DNA of 64,000 nucleotides from Candidatus Microgenomatus sp. (GTDB lineage Bacteria; Patescibacteriota; Microgenomatia; UBA8517): NCBI GenBank assembly GCA_020724585.1, contig DYGS01000001.1, positions 674,535 to 738,534 of the forward strand, read 5' to 3'. Shown piece by piece: positions 38,803 to 49,033 of this stretch (position 1 is its first letter; each line of letters starts with the position of its first letter). The notes under the pieces were generated by a model. It saw only the letters and a program-made list of their open reading frames with translations, ran no database searches and was not told where the DNA came from. The position numbers and the translations under genes were made by a program.

Positions 38803-39429
38803 ATGCCATTAGCAATGGAGAAGTTTTTTTCGATCTTTGGCAAGATAGCACTTATACTTTTGATTCTTGGCGGCGTTTCCTATGGAAGCTATTATTTAGG
38901 AAATAGGGCTTTACTTGTCAAAAAACCTCAAAGTCTGCAGACAGAAGTTCCTGAGGCCACAGCTTCCCCTGAATTAAAAAAAATGACCACTATAAATGGC
39001 GGTCTAAATAAATCTGCGGGCTTGTCTTTTGATTCGTATACGCTTGAGGTGCCCGACGGCTGGATCAGTAAAAAAGAATCACAAACAGCGCAAGACGAAA
39101 AATTAATATTAACTAAAAACGACTATTCCATATCTATTTTCCAGGCCGCAACCGGAGGGGCTTTGTGTCTATATCCAGGAGATCCTGACTTTGGGGGCCC
39201 AAGCTCAAGATATCAGGAATTTAAAGAGATTAAAAATAAAGACGGCAGGATATTAAGACGAAGCGGAGATGTGGGTCAAATAGCATTTACTGTTTGTATG
39301 AAATCAGCTGATGGAAGCTATCAACAGCCTACGATATACGGCCACATCTCAGTTAAGCTTCCCCAAAATTGGACGAAAGAAATACTTGATGAAATCGATA
39401 CCATCCTCTCCTCACTGAGGAAGAGTTAA
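38803..39429 (+). CDS. Hypothetical secreted protein (208 aa)
   Basis: N-terminal signal-anchor helix. Confidence 0.5.
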   Translation: MPLAMEKFFSIFGKIALILLILGGVSYGSYYLGNRALLVKKPQSLQTEVPEATASPELKKMTTINGGLNKSAGLSFDSYTLEVPDGWISKKESQTAQDEKLILTKNDYSISIFQAATGGALCLYPGDPDFGGPSSRYQEFKEIKNKDGRILRRSGDVGQIAFTVCMKSADGSYQQPTIYGHISVKLPQNWTKEILDEIDTILSSLRKS

Positions 39430-39694
39430 TTTTGTAAATTAACATCTTATCTGTCACAAAATTAAACATCTAAATTGTCATTTTGGAAAGTGGAGGGTTT
39501 TTGCTTAAAGACACCTGTGTTCTAGGTGTCATTGCGAACCCGTCTAGCGGGTGAAGCAATCTAAAAGAGATTGCCGCGCTTATTTTATCCGCTCGCAATG
39601 ACAAAACTGCAACAATCGAGATGTTCCATTGTAAAAAAAGAGTTAATTTATAAATTTGACTATTGCGTAGTAGTAGTAGTAGTACACTCCGCGC

Positions 39695-39919
39695 ATGCCT
39701 GAGTCAAAATGTTGGGATTGCGGAGAATCAAATTGGAGACCAACCATAGAATTACTGAAAGAATGGGAATTAGCACACCACTCTGATTCTGCCACAATAA
39801 ATAAGAGGGGTGAAAAATTACATGGATGCAGAGGCTTTCAGGAATACGGTGAGAACGGATATCCAGTAGGTTATAGAATATATAATTATGATATGCTTGT
39901 CGAAGAAGAAGTTTATTAA
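39695..39919 (+). CDS. Hypothetical small protein (74 aa)
   Basis: ORF only. Confidence 0.3.
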   Translation: MPESKCWDCGESNWRPTIELLKEWELAHHSDSATINKRGEKLHGCRGFQEYGENGYPVGYRIYNYDMLVEEEVY

Positions 39920-39927
39920 TTAATTGT

Positions 39928-42051
39928 TTAAACCCTTGCCTTATTTAGGCGCAAACTATTTAAAACCACTGAAATTGATGAGGCGGCCATTGCAAATGCG
40001 GCAAGCATAGGATTTAAAAGCCCGAGCGTTGCAACGGGTATCAAAACAACATTGTAGCCAAAAGCCCAAAACAAATTTTGTTTAATTACCCTCATCGTTA
40101 TTCTACTTAAATTAATTGCAGTCAATACACTTCTGATATCTTTATTCAGAAGAGTCACTCCAGAGGACTCAATGGCAACATCTGAACCTGTTCCCATAGC
40201 AATTCCTACATCAGCAGAAGCAAGAGCAGGTGCATCATTTACCCCATCTCCTATAAAAGCTGTATGCTGTTTGCCGTGCGGCATATGGCTTAAAGCAGAA
40301 ACCTTGTTTGCTTTATCCTCAGGCATAACTTCAGCCATAACATTTTTAATACCCACCTGTCTTGCAATAGCCATAGCTGTCCTCTGATTATCCCCTGTTA
40401 TCATCCAAGTTGTAATTCCCTTTTTAGATAAACTTTCTATAACTTCCTTAGCATTTTCCTTCAAAACATCAGATACAGCTATTATTCCCAAAACCTTACC
40501 GCCACTTTTAAGGGCCATCACGGTTTTTCCCTCATTTTCCAACTTCTTAGTCTCGTTTGTTTTTTGGTCAAATTTGCCAAAAAAATATTCTTTACCATTT
40601 ATTACTCCAGTAACCCCCTGGCCTGATATTGCCTTAAACGATCCTACTTTTAATAATTTTATTTTTTTCTCTTTTGCATATTCAACAATTGCCTGAGCCA
40701 GCGGATGTTCGGAATTTGACTCTAAAGATGCAATTATCTGTAAGTAATTAGATTTTGAATCCAAAATTACATCTGTTACTGTTGGCCTGCCTGTGGTTAA
40801 TGTACCTGTTTTGTCAAAGACCATAATTTTTACTTTATGAAGAGTTTCAAGACTAGCCGCGTCTTTAATTAAAATTCCATGCTGGGCACCCTTTCCTGTT
40901 CCAACCATAATAGCCGTTGGTGTAGCAAGCCCCATGGCGCATGGGCAGGCAATAATTAAAACAGTTACAAGACTTACAAAACCCATGAACGGAGAGCCTA
41001 ATAGATACCAGACAGTAAAAGTGATAACAGCAATCATCAAAACGATAGGGACAAAATAAGAAGAAACCAGATCTGCCATTCTTTGAATCGGGGCTTTAGT
41101 GCTTTGAGCTTCTTTGACCACTTCTATAATCCTTGAGAGCATAGTCTCTTTCCCAACTTTTGTGGCTTTATAAATGAAGCTTCCCTGTTTATTGAGAGTT
41201 GCCCCGATCACATTCGAACCAACAATTTTATCAACAGGCATGGACTCACCCGTTACCATAGATTCATCAATTGAACTTTGACCCCCAACAATTAAACCAT
41301 CGACGGGAATTTTCTCTCCCGGTCTTACTTTTATTAAATCTCCAACAATTACATTCTCGATAGGAATATCCATCTCACGATTATTGCGAATAACTCTTGC
41401 CGTTTTAGCCTGAAGGCCAATAAGTTTTTTTATTGCATCTGAGGTGTGCAGTTTGGCTTTTGCTTCCAGATATTTTCCAAGTAAAATTAGGGTGATAATC
41501 ACCGAAGCCGTGTCAAAATACATGCCTTCAACAATACCCATCATTGAAAATACTGAATATCCATATGCGGCTGTCGTACCAATTGAAATTAAAGTGTCCA
41601 TGCTGGCCGTTCTGTTTTTTAAACCAGACCAGGTGGCCAAATAAAACTCGCGGCCTGCCCAAAATTGAACAGGAGTTGCCAGAAAAAGCAAGACTAAATC
41701 GCTTACCCTAATTCCAAACCATTCAGGAAAGGAACCAATTACCAAAAGAGTTGATAAAATCGATGATACAATAACTTTTACCTTTAGAGACTTAAGTTCA
41801 ATTTGTTTAATATCTTCCAATTTCAAATCAGAATTGCCGTTTTGACTAAAAAGGGCTTTGTAGCCAGCTCCCTCAACTGCTTTTTGGATATCAGATTCTT
41901 TGACATTTTCTTCTGTCTCAATGGATGCGGTCTCGCTTGCATAGTTAACGGAACAAGAAATAACGCCAGGAACTTTTGATACACACCTTTCGATAAGTTT
42001 GGCACAAGAAGCACAATGCATTCCTACAACTGGAAACGATTTTTTAATCAT
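39928..42051 (-). CDS. copA: Copper-translocating P1B-type ATPase
   Basis: HMA 'GMHCASCA', 'CPC' in TM6, 'DKTGTLT', '[10 protein letters not shown]'. Start set at the internal ATG ([11 protein letters not shown]) immediately after the upstream gene stop. Confidence 0.9.
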   Translation of the reverse strand: MIKKSFPVVGMHCASCAKLIERCVSKVPGVISCSVNYASETASIETEENVKESDIQKAVEGAGYKALFSQNGNSDLKLEDIKQIELKSLKVKVIVSSILSTLLVIGSFPEWFGIRVSDLVLLFLATPVQFWAGREFYLATWSGLKNRTASMDTLISIGTTAAYGYSVFSMMGIVEGMYFDTASVIITLILLGKYLEAKAKLHTSDAIKKLIGLQAKTARVIRNNREMDIPIENVIVGDLIKVRPGEKIPVDGLIVGGQSSIDESMVTGESMPVDKIVGSNVIGATLNKQGSFIYKATKVGKETMLSRIIEVVKEAQSTKAPIQRMADLVSSYFVPIVLMIAVITFTVWYLLGSPFMGFVSLVTVLIIACPCAMGLATPTAIMVGTGKGAQHGILIKDAASLETLHKVKIMVFDKTGTLTTGRPTVTDVILDSKSNYLQIIASLESNSEHPLAQAIVEYAKEKKIKLLKVGSFKAISGQGVTGVINGKEYFFGKFDQKTNETKKLENEGKTVMALKSGGKVLGIIAVSDVLKENAKEVIESLSKKGITTWMITGDNQRTAMAIARQVGIKNVMAEVMPEDKANKVSALSHMPHGKQHTAFIGDGVNDAPALASADVGIAMGTGSDVAIESSGVTLLNKDIRSVLTAINLSRITMRVIKQNLFWAFGYNVVLIPVATLGLLNPMLAAFAMAASSISVVLNSLRLNKARV

Positions 42052-42407
42052 TTTTCTACAATTACCTTTCCATGAAACATGTTCATTCCACAATGAAATT
42101 CATATTCCCCTGCCTTGCTTGGGCTTATTTCAATCTCAACTTTTTCATTTAGAGGCAGATATTTTTTTATTTTAAAATCAGGAAAAATCACTTCCTCCAA
42201 ACAAGAGCTCTCGTCAGTTCGAGTAAATATAAATTTAACCGGTTCCCCCTTTTTTATCTTGACCACAGAAGGCTTATAACCTCCTGAAACTTCAATTTTC
42301 ACTTGACTGTAAGTCACACCAACCGATTCGTCCTTTTTGCCAAAAAAGAACCAATAAATAAAGATAACTAAACCAGTTCCGCCTATTGCTGTAAGTATTT
42401 TATCCAT
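42048..42407 (-). CDS. Membrane-anchored cupredoxin-like copper-binding protein
   Basis: C-terminal '[16 protein letters not shown]' resembles the plastocyanin type-1 Cu loop 'YxFxCxxHxxxGMxGKVxV'. Confidence 0.55.
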   Translation of the reverse strand: MDKILTAIGGTGLVIFIYWFFFGKKDESVGVTYSQVKIEVSGGYKPSVVKIKKGEPVKFIFTRTDESSCLEEVIFPDFKIKKYLPLNEKVEIEISPSKAGEYEFHCGMNMFHGKVIVEK

Positions 42408-42429
42408 TTTAACTTATTTATTTATTATA

Positions 42430-43305
42430 TTACGCCCCACAACTACCGCCACCAAAAACAGGTACAGGATCAATCTCCTTGGTGATGCGGGACGCCCCAC
42501 TTGAGGAAGAATATTCCGGCCCTAAAATTAATTTAGCATCTACTTTATCCCAAGTCACTCCCTTATTCAAAAAATATTTAGCTGTAGTCATATAGGTACT
42601 AGGGAACCAAAAAGAATTTAGTTTCAATATATTTTTATAGATTTCATCGTCGGACATATTTTTGGCAACCATCATTTCAATGGCGGCCAAGGCGGCCATA
42701 CCATGGTTGCAGTCAGGAAACCAGGTAGAATTACCGCAACACGGCCTATAAACATTTTTGGCAATTTCAGCAACTCTTTTGTGCTGATTCTCGGAAAGTT
42801 CTATTAATTCAAATTTTCCTAGATAACCAGTAGCATTTTCCTTAGCCAAACTCCAACCGCCCGTAGAAGAAAAATTACCGACATCTTTTTTGTATTCTTT
42901 ACCCATTGGACCCTCGGTATAGACTATGCTTTTTTGAGCAAGACCAATTGCCCAAAGCATATCAACAACAAATTGACTGTTATCGGCATTAATGTTTATA
43001 CTATTTTCCGTCCCTTCCAAAAGTATCTTTTCCTCATCGCTTGTCATATTGACGGCCGCAATAAATTTATCTTTATCAATTACACCAAGCTCTATTAACC
43101 TCGGACCAAAATCAGCAAAAGATATAGGCAAATCAAACCCTTTTTCCGGAAGAACCATTTCCTTATCTACTTCTTTTTCTGCATTATTATTCGATGTCTT
43201 TCCTTTTTGCAGCTGCTCAACTTTAGGATACAAAGTACCTATGAGAAATGAAACAATAATAGCAATTCCCAAAAAGATAAATTTTAATGTTTTATTTAAT
43301 TTCAT
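42430..43305 (-). CDS. Hypothetical membrane-anchored Cys/His-rich protein
   Basis: 'PCCGNSTWFPDCNHGMAALAAIEMM' cluster. Within the copper operon. Confidence 0.5.
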   Translation of the reverse strand: MKLNKTLKFIFLGIAIIVSFLIGTLYPKVEQLQKGKTSNNNAEKEVDKEMVLPEKGFDLPISFADFGPRLIELGVIDKDKFIAAVNMTSDEEKILLEGTENSININADNSQFVVDMLWAIGLAQKSIVYTEGPMGKEYKKDVGNFSSTGGWSLAKENATGYLGKFELIELSENQHKRVAEIAKNVYRPCCGNSTWFPDCNHGMAALAAIEMMVAKNMSDDEIYKNILKLNSFWFPSTYMTTAKYFLNKGVTWDKVDAKLILGPEYSSSSGASRITKEIDPVPVFGGGSCGA

Positions 43306-43832
43306 ATGTAATATCCGATTAAAATATAAATAATATAGGAAAGAATTATCATGGAACCCAATCCAGTTGCCAATCTCTGATACGGAAAAAGGTGCTTGCC
43401 GCGAATTTTAATTATCAAGTCATTAATCAAGTCAACCAAGTAAAATAGAATACCCCCAGTAACAATTCCAAAAGTTAATTTGTGAAGGCCGTATATTTTT
43501 TCCATAGTGATAACTAGGTTAAATTGGTAAAACATCAAAATCGTTGATGTAAAAACTAACAAATAAACCAAGGGCTTGAGTATAGGCAAGCTCCCCTTGC
43601 CGATTTTTCTTACTAACCATGAATAACTCCAAAGGACCATACCTCCTAAAAGGGCCGCCAACCAAACACCAGATATCGAATCATCAAGTCCTATTAAACG
43701 GCTAAGTGTGAGGCCGGCTCCCGCCCCAGCAACACACAAGGGACAATGGGCATATGAAATTCCGGGCAGTAATAAAGTGACTGCTAGTAGTCCCAAACCT
43801 ATAGCAAAACCCAATAACTTTAAACCTTTCAT
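43302..43832 (-). CDS. Integral membrane protein with a CPLC motif
   Basis: 'HCPLCVAGAGAG' next to the first TM helix. Confidence 0.5.
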   Translation of the reverse strand: MKGLKLLGFAIGLGLLAVTLLLPGISYAHCPLCVAGAGAGLTLSRLIGLDDSISGVWLAALLGGMVLWSYSWLVRKIGKGSLPILKPLVYLLVFTSTILMFYQFNLVITMEKIYGLHKLTFGIVTGGILFYLVDLINDLIIKIRGKHLFPYQRLATGLGSMIILSYIIYILIGYYI

Positions 43833-44341
43833 TGCAATATTACCTCCCCATAGAAACTGACCTCTTTTTTCTCTTTAAGACCTAAAAAGCTAAGCCAGAC
43901 TTTTCTGTCAACCTGACCCACACCCTGAAGACCATGCGCCGCAGGGTCAAACCTGACTATTAACTTTGCTGATTCGTTTGCAGGTATATCAAAATTAATC
44001 GTTGGATTAACGGCTCCGTTCATTTCCATCGCATAAAATCTAGTTCTCTCGTCACCCGCAACAGCTTGAGCCTTAGTGCACATGCAGGAAGTTACAATTT
44101 TTTTGAGTCTAATCGGATTGCTGGATTTGTTTTTTATTTCATACTCCTTGGTTACAAGGCCATTTTTCATTACGACTTTACCTATATCGTAAGTTTGAGG
44201 TGTAATTTCGATTTCTTCAGGTTTAATATCAACATTGGCAAGGCTTTCATCAGAAGTTTCGCTGTTTTTAGTAAAGAAATACCCTCCTCCCAATAGTATT
44301 ACTATGGCTATCGCAAAAAAAATTATTGTTGTTTTGTTCAT
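43829..44341 (-). CDS. DUF1573-domain protein
   Basis: 'YDIGKVVMKNGLVTKEYEIKNKSSNPIRLKKIVTSCMCT' matches the DUF1573 pattern. Confidence 0.65.
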   Translation of the reverse strand: MNKTTIIFFAIAIVILLGGGYFFTKNSETSDESLANVDIKPEEIEITPQTYDIGKVVMKNGLVTKEYEIKNKSSNPIRLKKIVTSCMCTKAQAVAGDERTRFYAMEMNGAVNPTINFDIPANESAKLIVRFDPAAHGLQGVGQVDRKVWLSFLGLKEKKEVSFYGEVILQ

Positions 44342-44610
44342 GTTTTTTCAAATAATTCAACTATCTCGTCTATCAACTTTTCATTTTTGTTGCTGTCTCC
44401 ATGAAGGTCTTTTAGCACACAGGAGTGCAGATGTCCGTGCAGAATCATTTGATCGATTTTCTTTAAAGCAGCTTGAACCGCTTTACTTTGATGGATAATA
44501 TCGGGACAGTAGGCTCCGTCCTCATACATCCTTCGAACTTTATCGAGATGGCCTTTGGCTATTTTTATTCGCTTTAGCACTTCATCCTTTTTTATGGTAT
44601 TATTATTCAT
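44338..44610 (-). CDS. csoR: CsoR/RcnR-family metal-sensing transcriptional repressor
   Basis: 'YCPDIIHQSKAVQAAL...LHGHLHSCV' with conserved C-H-C ligand positions. Confidence 0.75.
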   Translation of the reverse strand: MNNNTIKKDEVLKRIKIAKGHLDKVRRMYEDGAYCPDIIHQSKAVQAALKKIDQMILHGHLHSCVLKDLHGDSNKNEKLIDEIVELFEKT

Positions 44611-44642
44611 AACTTAAATATCCTACCCCCCAGGGGGGGATA

Positions 44643-45140
44643 TTGTCAATTACTAAAATGGTTACCTCCTACAGCAATCTAATAAAAAAAGTAAAAGACG
44701 CCTATGGCGGCAACAAACTTGATCTGTCAAAAGATGAGGATTTATCGATCGGCATCATGAATCTAATTTCAATTGAGGAGCACCTTTTTTTTACTTTACA
44801 AAAAACCAAAAAGGCTCTTTATCTTGACTTATTAAATGAAGTAAGGCTTTTAAGAACCAGGCTTTTAAAAGAAATAATTAAAGAATACGAGGGTGAAGTT
44901 TGGTGCATCAGTAAGCACCTACTAGCCTCTTCCATGAGACTTATGGAGGTTGGTACTAAAGAACTCAAAAAAAGAAATAAACAAAAGGCGCAAAGCTATT
45001 TTAACGACTCCTATAAACTCTACATTCTTTTTTGGAAACTAAATTTAGAGAAAAATGAGGGAGCTTCCTCCCTTTCTGAAAGTAAATTCTCCAAATTTGA
45101 GTCATTCATCAAAAAAGCGATCGACTGTTGTAAAGAGTGA
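44643..45140 (+). CDS. Hypothetical protein (165 aa)
   Basis: ORF divergent from csoR. Confidence 0.45.
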   Translation: MSITKMVTSYSNLIKKVKDAYGGNKLDLSKDEDLSIGIMNLISIEEHLFFTLQKTKKALYLDLLNEVRLLRTRLLKEIIKEYEGEVWCISKHLLASSMRLMEVGTKELKKRNKQKAQSYFNDSYKLYILFWKLNLEKNEGASSLSESKFSKFESFIKKAIDCCKE

Positions 45141-45163
45141 AATAATAATATAATCTTTTTGTC

Positions 45164-46141
45164 ATGAATAATTTAGTTTTGGCATTTATTACAGGTTTAA
45201 CTAGCGGCGGCATATCTTGCGCAACTGTTCAGGGCGGGCTTTTGGCATCAAGCCTTTCTGAAAAATCAGATAAGTATAAGGCTACTGGATTATTTTTACT
45301 ATCAAAACTTATTGCCTATACCCTACTCGGAGGAATACTCGGGGCTTTTGGAGAAGCATTTAACATCTCGATTCAAGTTCAGGCTGCTTTACAAATATTA
45401 ATCGGTCTTTTTATGCTGGCAACTGCAGGCAGGATATTAAATCTCCACCCCGTTTTCAATTTCACCTCCCTAAAACCTCCAAAATTTGTATTTAGATTAA
45501 CCAGAAACAACAAATTTAAAGATTCATCAATAACGCCTCTAATATTGGGTTTTTTAACTATTTTTATCCCCTGCGGCGTAACCCAAGCTATGCTTCTTTT
45601 GTCAATCGGTTCAGGAAGTGCTCTAAACGGTAGTTTAATAATGTTTTTCTTTACACTAGGAACCTCCCCCATTTTTTTTCTAATAGGCATGACTGTCGAA
45701 AAAATATTTAAAAATGCGCTTTTGACTAAAATCGCAGCGGCAACAGTTGCTCTTATAGGCTTGTTCTCAATTAACAATGGTCAGGTATTAAGAGGGAGCG
45801 CTCACACATTCCAAAACTATTGGGCAGTTCTTGTAAAATCGGATATTAAGAATAATTTATCTTTAATAGATGGAAAGCAAATCGTTGATATAATCGCCAA
45901 AAATAACGGATATGCCACAAATGTTAAAACACTTAAAAAAGGCGTTCCGGTAAAGCTTAAAATTACCAGCAAAAATGTCCAGAGCTGTGCTAGAAGTTTT
46001 GTAATACCCAGTCTAAAAATAAGTAAAATTCTACCTGTTAGCGGAACCGAAACGATTGAATTCACGCCAAATAAATTGGGCCTTTTGACATTCTCTTGCG
46101 GAATGGGGATGTATACCGGCTCCTTCAATGTAATTGAATGA
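45164..46141 (+). CDS. Polytopic membrane protein with C-terminal cupredoxin-like domain
   Basis: C-terminal 'TFSCGMGMYTGSFNVIE' parallels '[13 protein letters not shown]' of the 42048 gene. Confidence 0.55.
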   Translation: MNNLVLAFITGLTSGGISCATVQGGLLASSLSEKSDKYKATGLFLLSKLIAYTLLGGILGAFGEAFNISIQVQAALQILIGLFMLATAGRILNLHPVFNFTSLKPPKFVFRLTRNNKFKDSSITPLILGFLTIFIPCGVTQAMLLLSIGSGSALNGSLIMFFFTLGTSPIFFLIGMTVEKIFKNALLTKIAAATVALIGLFSINNGQVLRGSAHTFQNYWAVLVKSDIKNNLSLIDGKQIVDIIAKNNGYATNVKTLKKGVPVKLKITSKNVQSCARSFVIPSLKISKILPVSGTETIEFTPNKLGLLTFSCGMGMYTGSFNVIE

Positions 46142-46383
46142 GCTTAAATGCTAAATTACAAATGCTAAATACTAAATTAGAAAACACAAAAAAAATTTAT
46201 AAAATTGAGGGCATGGACTGCGATTCTTGTGCAACTCTTTTAGAACTGGATCTTGAAGATGCCGGAATCAAAAATTGTAGATGTTCATATCCCAAAAAAA
46301 CACTAGAAATTTATGAAGATCACGATGAAATTAAAGTTGTTGAAATAATTTCCAAATCAGGATACAGTATATCAAATGAATAA
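46138..46383 (+). CDS. Heavy-metal-associated (CopZ-like) copper chaperone
   Basis: 'EGMDCDSCA' MxCxxC motif. Confidence 0.7.
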   Translation: MSLNAKLQMLNTKLENTKKIYKIEGMDCDSCATLLELDLEDAGIKNCRCSYPKKTLEIYEDHDEIKVVEIISKSGYSISNE

Positions 46384-46756
46384 GCTTGGGGTCGGAATTA
46401 TTATAACTACAATTGTGCTTCTTTTGGGCGGCGGTTATTTTTTAACCAAACCGCAAGAGTCTACTCAAGTTCCTCCAAGAGATACAACTGAGTATGAATA
46501 TTTTTGGGGCAATGGTTGTCCTCACTGCGCCAAAGTTCAGGAATTTTTTGATAGCTGGGAGAAAAAAGATAGTGTAAAAATAAACAAAAGAGAGGTTTGG
46601 TATAACAAGATGAACCAAAAAATAATGGAGGATAGATTTAATAACTGCAGCCCAAAACCCAACTCCTCTCAAATGGCAGTACCTTTTATGGTAACTCCAG
46701 ATGGAAAATGTCTAGTCGGCGACACCCCTATAATTGAATTATTTAAAAGCCTCTAA
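46376..46756 (+). CDS. Membrane-anchored thioredoxin/glutaredoxin-like protein
   Basis: 'WGNGCPHCAKV' CxxC. Confidence 0.6.
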   Translation: MNKLGVGIIITTIVLLLGGGYFLTKPQESTQVPPRDTTEYEYFWGNGCPHCAKVQEFFDSWEKKDSVKINKREVWYNKMNQKIMEDRFNNCSPKPNSSQMAVPFMVTPDGKCLVGDTPIIELFKSL

Positions 46757-47259
46757 ATCAGCAGACCGAAGACAAGAAGAAGTACAATTTGAGCAATAAA
46801 ATAAATTCTTGTTGTATCAGTATCTTTTAAAATTACCTCTTTATTTAAAAACTTTCTTAAATTTTGTAAAAATAGACTTAGGAAAAATGCCAGTGTTAAG
46901 CCCTTGCCAAAGTAACTTCCTGATGAAGTTACTACCCAAAAAGTTAAAACTGTAAATATTATTTGAAAATTAATAGTATGGAATGTTAAATTCACTCTTT
47001 CCCCTGCTGTTTCATACAGTAAAAGTAATGCCTCTTTAAATTGTTTTTGAGAAATCATATATTTTATGCGTTGTGAGTTCAACTCTTGCGGAGCTATAAA
47101 ATATATATGAAGTAAATGATCAATGTATGGAAGAAATATTCCAACCAAACTTCCTAGTAGTAATGGGTAATATCTTAAAGAATACAATGAATTTAAAATT
47201 ACTATTAATATTAAATAGCCTAAAAGATACAGTAAGTGGTTAATAATTTCTTTTTTCAT
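46753..47259 (-). CDS. Hypothetical integral membrane protein
   Basis: Four predicted TM helices. Confidence 0.5.
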   Translation of the reverse strand: MKKEIINHLLYLLGYLILIVILNSLYSLRYYPLLLGSLVGIFLPYIDHLLHIYFIAPQELNSQRIKYMISQKQFKEALLLLYETAGERVNLTFHTINFQIIFTVLTFWVVTSSGSYFGKGLTLAFFLSLFLQNLRKFLNKEVILKDTDTTRIYFIAQIVLLLVFGLLI

Positions 47260-47283
47260 CTAATTTCATTATATAGTATTGTT

Positions 47284-48255
47284 TTAGTCAGTAAATACTT
47301 GTACGAACATTTTTCCGTAAACACCATTGTCTATTACCCCAATGCCAACTTTCCGATATTGCCCATTTAAAATATTTTCTCTGTGACCAGTCGAATTCAT
47401 AAGCCCCGTATGTGCAGTTTGAACAGTTGGAGCCAGAGCTAAATTTTCTCCAGCTATTGTATATGCGATTTTGGCATGAGAAAGTCTATCTCCAACATCT
47501 TTACCCTCAGGCGAATAGTGAGAAAAGTACCGTCTTAGCCACATATCTTTAGCATGAACTCTGGCAACTTTTGTTAAATTATCATCAAAAACCAATTTGT
47601 TTATGGCAATTTTTTGCCTTTCTTCATTAATCTTTTCAAACATTGCTCTCTCTGATACTGGGTCTTCTTTTAGATCAAAATCTCCAACTTCGAGCTTAAT
47701 TGTGTCGCCGCTATCAGGTTTAATAGTTAAGTAAGTTAAGGTATCATTTATAACGCCTCCAAAAACTTTATTTAAATAGGATTCAATAATTGAGGTTTTG
47801 TCTAAAATTAAACCGCCAATTTTGGAATTTGAGACATCCGTTTTTATCTGAGGCTTTATCGGAAAGGCCATAACAAGCATCAATAAAAATGCAACCAAAA
47901 CCAAGGCCTCGCCGATTGCTGGTATCACACCAAAGATTTTATTTATCTTGTGTTTTAATACTTTTTCGGGCAGTTTATGAAGCAAAACTCCAAACAAAAA
48001 GCCTATAACAGACTCTAAAACAATTGCTGATATCAAAAAGCCCAACGAGTCAGAAATAGACTGAAGCAAATTAAAATTAGCTTTCAAAAAATCAGAAACA
48101 AACTTATATGTCTTGAATGAAATAAGAAGAGAGGCTAGAAATGACACAAAGTCCGCAGTCACAATCCAAAAACCAAACCGCAGTGCATTACTCATAAAAA
48201 ATACGAGCGCAATAATAATTATTAAATCAATATAGTTTCCGTTAAGACTGGGCAT
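47284..48255 (-). CDS. CvpA-like membrane domain fused to a CAP/SCP (YkwD-like) domain
   Basis: N-terminal TM helices. C-terminal 'HAKDMW...FSHYS...GENLALAPTVQTAHTGLMNSTGHRENIL...YRKVGIGV'. Confidence 0.6.
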   Translation of the reverse strand: MPSLNGNYIDLIIIIALVFFMSNALRFGFWIVTADFVSFLASLLISFKTYKFVSDFLKANFNLLQSISDSLGFLISAIVLESVIGFLFGVLLHKLPEKVLKHKINKIFGVIPAIGEALVLVAFLLMLVMAFPIKPQIKTDVSNSKIGGLILDKTSIIESYLNKVFGGVINDTLTYLTIKPDSGDTIKLEVGDFDLKEDPVSERAMFEKINEERQKIAINKLVFDDNLTKVARVHAKDMWLRRYFSHYSPEGKDVGDRLSHAKIAYTIAGENLALAPTVQTAHTGLMNSTGHRENILNGQYRKVGIGVIDNGVYGKMFVQVFTD

Positions 48256-48264
48256 ATTAGATTT

Positions 48265-48534
48265 TTAAGTTATTTTAGCATTTTTAAGCTGTTTCAGCTT
48301 CCACATAAAAAGCTTTGCTTTTGATTTTGCATTTAGAGCATCTTTTACAAAACTTCTTGCAGATTCCATTAATCCTCTTGGGGTATTTTTGGCTAAACGC
48401 ATATATAGCGATTTATGTGCCATATCATCAAGTTCCTTTGCCAACTCATAGGCATATTTTTGAAACTCTCTTGAGACATATTTATCAGTATCATCAGTTT
48501 TAAATTTATTAACTATATCGCCAATTTTTTGCAT
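48265..48534 (-). CDS. Hypothetical small protein (89 aa)
   Basis: ORF only. Confidence 0.4.
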   Translation of the reverse strand: MQKIGDIVNKFKTDDTDKYVSREFQKYAYELAKELDDMAHKSLYMRLAKNTPRGLMESARSFVKDALNAKSKAKLFMWKLKQLKNAKIT

Positions 48535-49031
48535 AAATCATTTACCACTTTTTTAACTACTTGTTCTACTCGTACTGCTTCTTCTTTAGTAAAATCCTCA
48601 AGAACATAGTCCTCGCCTTTAATTTTAGTGCCTAGTGCCTGTTGCCTATTTTCTATTCCCACTCTAACATGCCAGAAATTTCTAGTGCCTAATGCCTCAT
48701 AGATTGAAACTAGTCCCTTGTGTTCTTTCGGTCCTTTGCCAAACTGAATTTTATATTCCCCAAGTTTTATATCTAAATCATCATGAATAATATACAATGC
48801 TTCAGGCTTTATGCTGTATGTTTTAAGGTTTTTGAAAACAAAAGAACCGGAATCATTCATAAACTTGTCTGATTTGAGAATTTTAAATTGTTTTGAGTTT
48901 TGGATTTTTGGGTTTTTTGACCTGCCTGCGCAGGCAGAGTTTTTTAAATCATCAACCACTACATATCCCACACTGTGGCGATTGTTTCTATATTTTTTTT
49001 CAGGATTTCCTAAACCAATGACCAGCTTCAT
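48513..49031 (-). CDS. pth: Peptidyl-tRNA hydrolase
   Basis: 'LVIGLGNPEKKYRNNRHSVGY', 'FMNDSG', 'IHDDLD'. Contains in-frame family-A and family-C repeat segments. Confidence 0.85.
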   Translation of the reverse strand: MKLVIGLGNPEKKYRNNRHSVGYVVVDDLKNSACAGRSKNPKIQNSKQFKILKSDKFMNDSGSFVFKNLKTYSIKPEALYIIHDDLDIKLGEYKIQFGKGPKEHKGLVSIYEALGTRNFWHVRVGIENRQQALGTKIKGEDYVLEDFTKEEAVRVEQVVKKVVNDLCKKLAI

Positions 49032-49033
49032 TT

